Source: Macrostomum lignano
Taxonomy: Eukaryota
Assembly: GCA_002269645.1 (NCBI GenBank)
Contig: NIVC01000452.1
Span: 310,001 to 374,000 of the forward strand
Direction: 5' to 3'
DNA length: 64,000 bases
Both the position numbers and the translations under genes were made by a program. Position 1 is the first letter of the stretch, and each line of letters starts with the position of its first letter. Below, in pieces: positions 61,372 through 64,000 of the stretch. Below the pieces are notes generated by a model, which worked only from the letters and a program-made list of their open reading frames with translations, made no database searches and was not told the origin of the DNA.

Positions 61372-61925
61372 CCGCGCCGTACGGCTTTTTCAACGACTCC
61401 GAAGCCGCCTCTGCCGATCTCCTCGATCGTCTCCAGCTCACTGGCCGTAATCTCGACGAGTTCTGAAGACTCGTCGACACTTTGGTATGAAATCTCAGAC
61501 GGCACAGGATCCGGTACGTCGACCTCCATCTGGGTCTCGAATCGGGTCTGAAAGTCGGAGTTCTCCCTCATTTGGCGAGCCCAATACTCCATGCGTCGCT
61601 GCTGGTCGTCGCTCTTTTGGTACTCGACGCAGCTTCCCTGCGGCAACGACTGTTTGTAGACCCTGTCGATGGGGCTGAACTCGTTGATGGTACCGTCCTT
61701 GAGCCGGGGCACCCACCTCGGCACGCTTTCGCCATGGACTCGAGCTTGCTCAGCGACCCAGTCCTTGGCTGCACTCGTCCGCATGTCAGGCGTCCCGTTC
61801 TTCTTGTAGTGCAGACCGTCGCCATAGTTACCTCCTGGTGAAGAGATCGGAGCTGGTCTCTGTGAACCGTAGTTGCCTGCAGAAGCTTGGCTTGATCCAG
61901 TAGCTTGCTTGGACGAGCTGTAGCG
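61372..61925 (-). pseudogene. Inverted, internally deleted, 5'- and 3'-truncated copy of kinase exon 1
   Basis: Near-identical to 50325-51142 minus ~50460-50720; ends just after the Gly-rich loop (GRGGFGVVEKAVRRG). Confidence 0.92.
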
Positions 61926-62394
61926 GCGAAAAGATTATTTGAACAACTCTGCAAAATGCGTGTTAACGGACTAGTATTCATTTGACAGCTGGACACTGGC
62001 ACAACCATTTAAATCTTGAAATTCTGAAAGAGATCCTTCAGGCCACAATCTTAAATTACCTTATTCACCATTTTTAAATGATCACAGCACCTTACTTCTA
62101 CTATGCTGGACTATAAGTTAATTATTTAGAAAGCTCATTAGTTAAAAGCGAAATTACTCATTAATTCTCTAGCACACCTCGCAAAAGATGTGGAAGCTTA
62201 ACCTGGCAAAGTGCCTGGCCTGGAAAAGATTAGAGCTTAAGCCGCTCTTGACGCGTCAGTCAATTTTTTCTTGTGTTTCAGATCCTTGGCAAGAGCCAAA
62301 TATAGATTATGATGAAAGTCACGCGTGCTGCATGAGGGAAGCGTTATTAAGGGACTTTTTTCACCATTGCTTTTTAGCGCCCCTGAGCATCCAA

Positions 62395-62550
62395 AGTGGC
62401 GCTCCCAAGCACTTCAATGAGCGCCCCTAAGCATCCCACATTGGCGCCCCAAAGCACCCTACATTGGCGCCCCAAAACGCCCCACGTTGGCGCCCCTAAG
62501 CACCCACATTGGTGCCCCAAAGAACCCCACGTTGGCACCCGTAAGCACCC
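62395..62550. repeat. ~23-bp degenerate repeat cattggcgccccaaagcacccta
   Basis: About 7 units. Confidence 0.8.
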
Positions 62551-63714
62551 ACGTTGTCTCTACGGTAATGCCACGAAGTCAGCTGCCATTGAGCAGACTT
62601 TCCACAGTAATTTACTTTAAAAATACTGTGAGACCTATTGGCCTTGCATCCAGATTGAGCCGGGTCGAGGAGGGCAGGGAGGGTCAAAGAGGGAGTTTGG
62701 GGCGAGGCGTCCGCGAGGAACGAAAGGGGATTTTCAAGGAATTAGCATTCGAAATTGGCTCTCTGGAAAAAATGTTCCCCATTTCGAAGTTTGAGAGGCA
62801 TTTCAGCGAGGAGAAGAAAAGCAGAAGAGAAGAGTCTTGCGATGCTTCATCTCTCCCCCCAAGCCCCGAACAGAAGAAGCTGGAAGGACCGCGGGGAATT
62901 CACTTTTGAGTTTTCCACATTTTTGCCTTTTGATGCCATTCGATACAAGGCTGAGAAGGCGAATCTCGGCAAGATTTGCTAATTACTTTGAGAGCTGAAG
63001 GCGAGCCTCCGCGGCCTGGGGGTTTCGGGAATAAGAAGACGGCGCTTCCCATAGGGAAAAGTTTAATTATTTCCCTGAGAAAAATAGCAGATTGCAATAT
63101 ACGAAAAGAAGCTTCAAAAAAAGAAATTGAAAGGCCAAACAAAAATTACTTAATAGCAGGATCAGAATACAAAAGTTTCCATATAGCTAAAACAGGCCCA
63201 AGGACCGCCAAAAATTCAAGTGACTTGGACTGGACTCCTGCAGTTGGCTTTGAATTTTTCGGACCAATGAGGGTTGACGGGGGCCACGCCAAAGAAGCGT
63301 GATGTTTTATTGCCGACTTGCTATATAGCTGGGCTCACACAGCGCGGAACGGCCCTTCCTCAGCTTGTAACAGAGTTTACGGTAGCTGGCTTAGCTAAAC
63401 GACTTTGTCCTTATTCTATTAATCCGGGATCTCGTCGCTGTAACCGTAAGTCCGCTCTCTAAAGAATTGCATATAGCGTCTTGCACATGTAATGCTGTAC
63501 TACTGGCTATTGAAATCTATACTGCTAACTTGTGCCGCACCCAGAGGCCGTGCGTGGACAGGCGTTCAATGCTTGATTAGTGAGGGTCAAGCTGATCAGT
63601 GATGCAGAGTCATTTTGAGTCTCTGGGCTATTGCATTTCTTGGTCTTTAGGTAGATTTTTTCGGTCATTGTGTGTCTTGGTCATTTAATTTTGAGTTTTA
63701 TGACCATCGAGCGT

Positions 63715-64000
63715 CTGTTTATAGAGATTTCCAGTCATAGATTTAGGTCATAGAGATTCTCGGTCATAGATTTAGGTCATAGAGATTCTCGGTCATAGAT
63801 ATAGGTCATAGAGATTCCTAGTCATAGATTTAGGTCATAGAGATTCCTAGTCATAGATTTAGGTCATAGAGATTCCTAGTCATAGATTTAGGTCATAGAG
63901 ATTCCTAGTCATAGATTTAGGTCATAGAGATTCCTAGTCATAGATTTAGGTCATAGAGATTTTCGGTCATAGATTTCGTTATAGAGATTCTCGGTCATAG
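63715..64000. repeat. 29-bp minisatellite gtcatagagattcctagtcatagatttag, running off the window end
   Basis: About 10 units. Confidence 0.9.

Noticed and set aside
62440-62550. cccacgttggcgcc resembling the tRNA-Lys 3' end
   Set aside because: It is part of a short degenerate tandem repeat; no cloverleaf or A/B boxes.
62487-63462. Cluster of 60-140-aa ORFs, possibly a decayed retroelement
   Set aside because: No recognisable motif by eye; needs a translated search before any call.

Overview
Eukaryotic (animal) genomic DNA, not prokaryotic. GC-rich poly-Q/poly-P exons and minisatellite-filled introns suggest a flatworm such as Macrostomum lignano, but that is inference only. Left half (1-36,078, minus strand): a Shank-family synaptic scaffold gene rebuilt by hand as 11 phase-consistent GT-AG exons (N-terminal SPN/FERM-like domain, ankyrin repeats, PDZ, proline-rich region running off the window start). 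It has no SH3 exon, a 1-nt frameshift in exon 6, a different tandem repeat in almost every intron, and a 23.9-kb intron that is mostly about 20 kb of CT-rich satellite. The three 5,700-aa 'ORFs' there are artefacts. Right half: a young Ty3/Gypsy LTR element (near-identical LTRs, 4-bp TSD, GGGAAAC frameshift signal, premature pol stop), a decayed RTE-like LINE, a hAT-type MITE with 8-bp TSD, and a two-exon TKL-type Ser/Thr kinase with an unassigned N-terminal 'LHYKKDGTLDMR' repeat. Downstream of the kinase are a 1.4-kb foldback element, an intact piggyBac transposase with two tyrosine-recombinase (Crypton-like) C-terminal fragments on either side, a LINE 3' fragment, and an inverted, internally deleted, catalytically truncated copy of the kinase.
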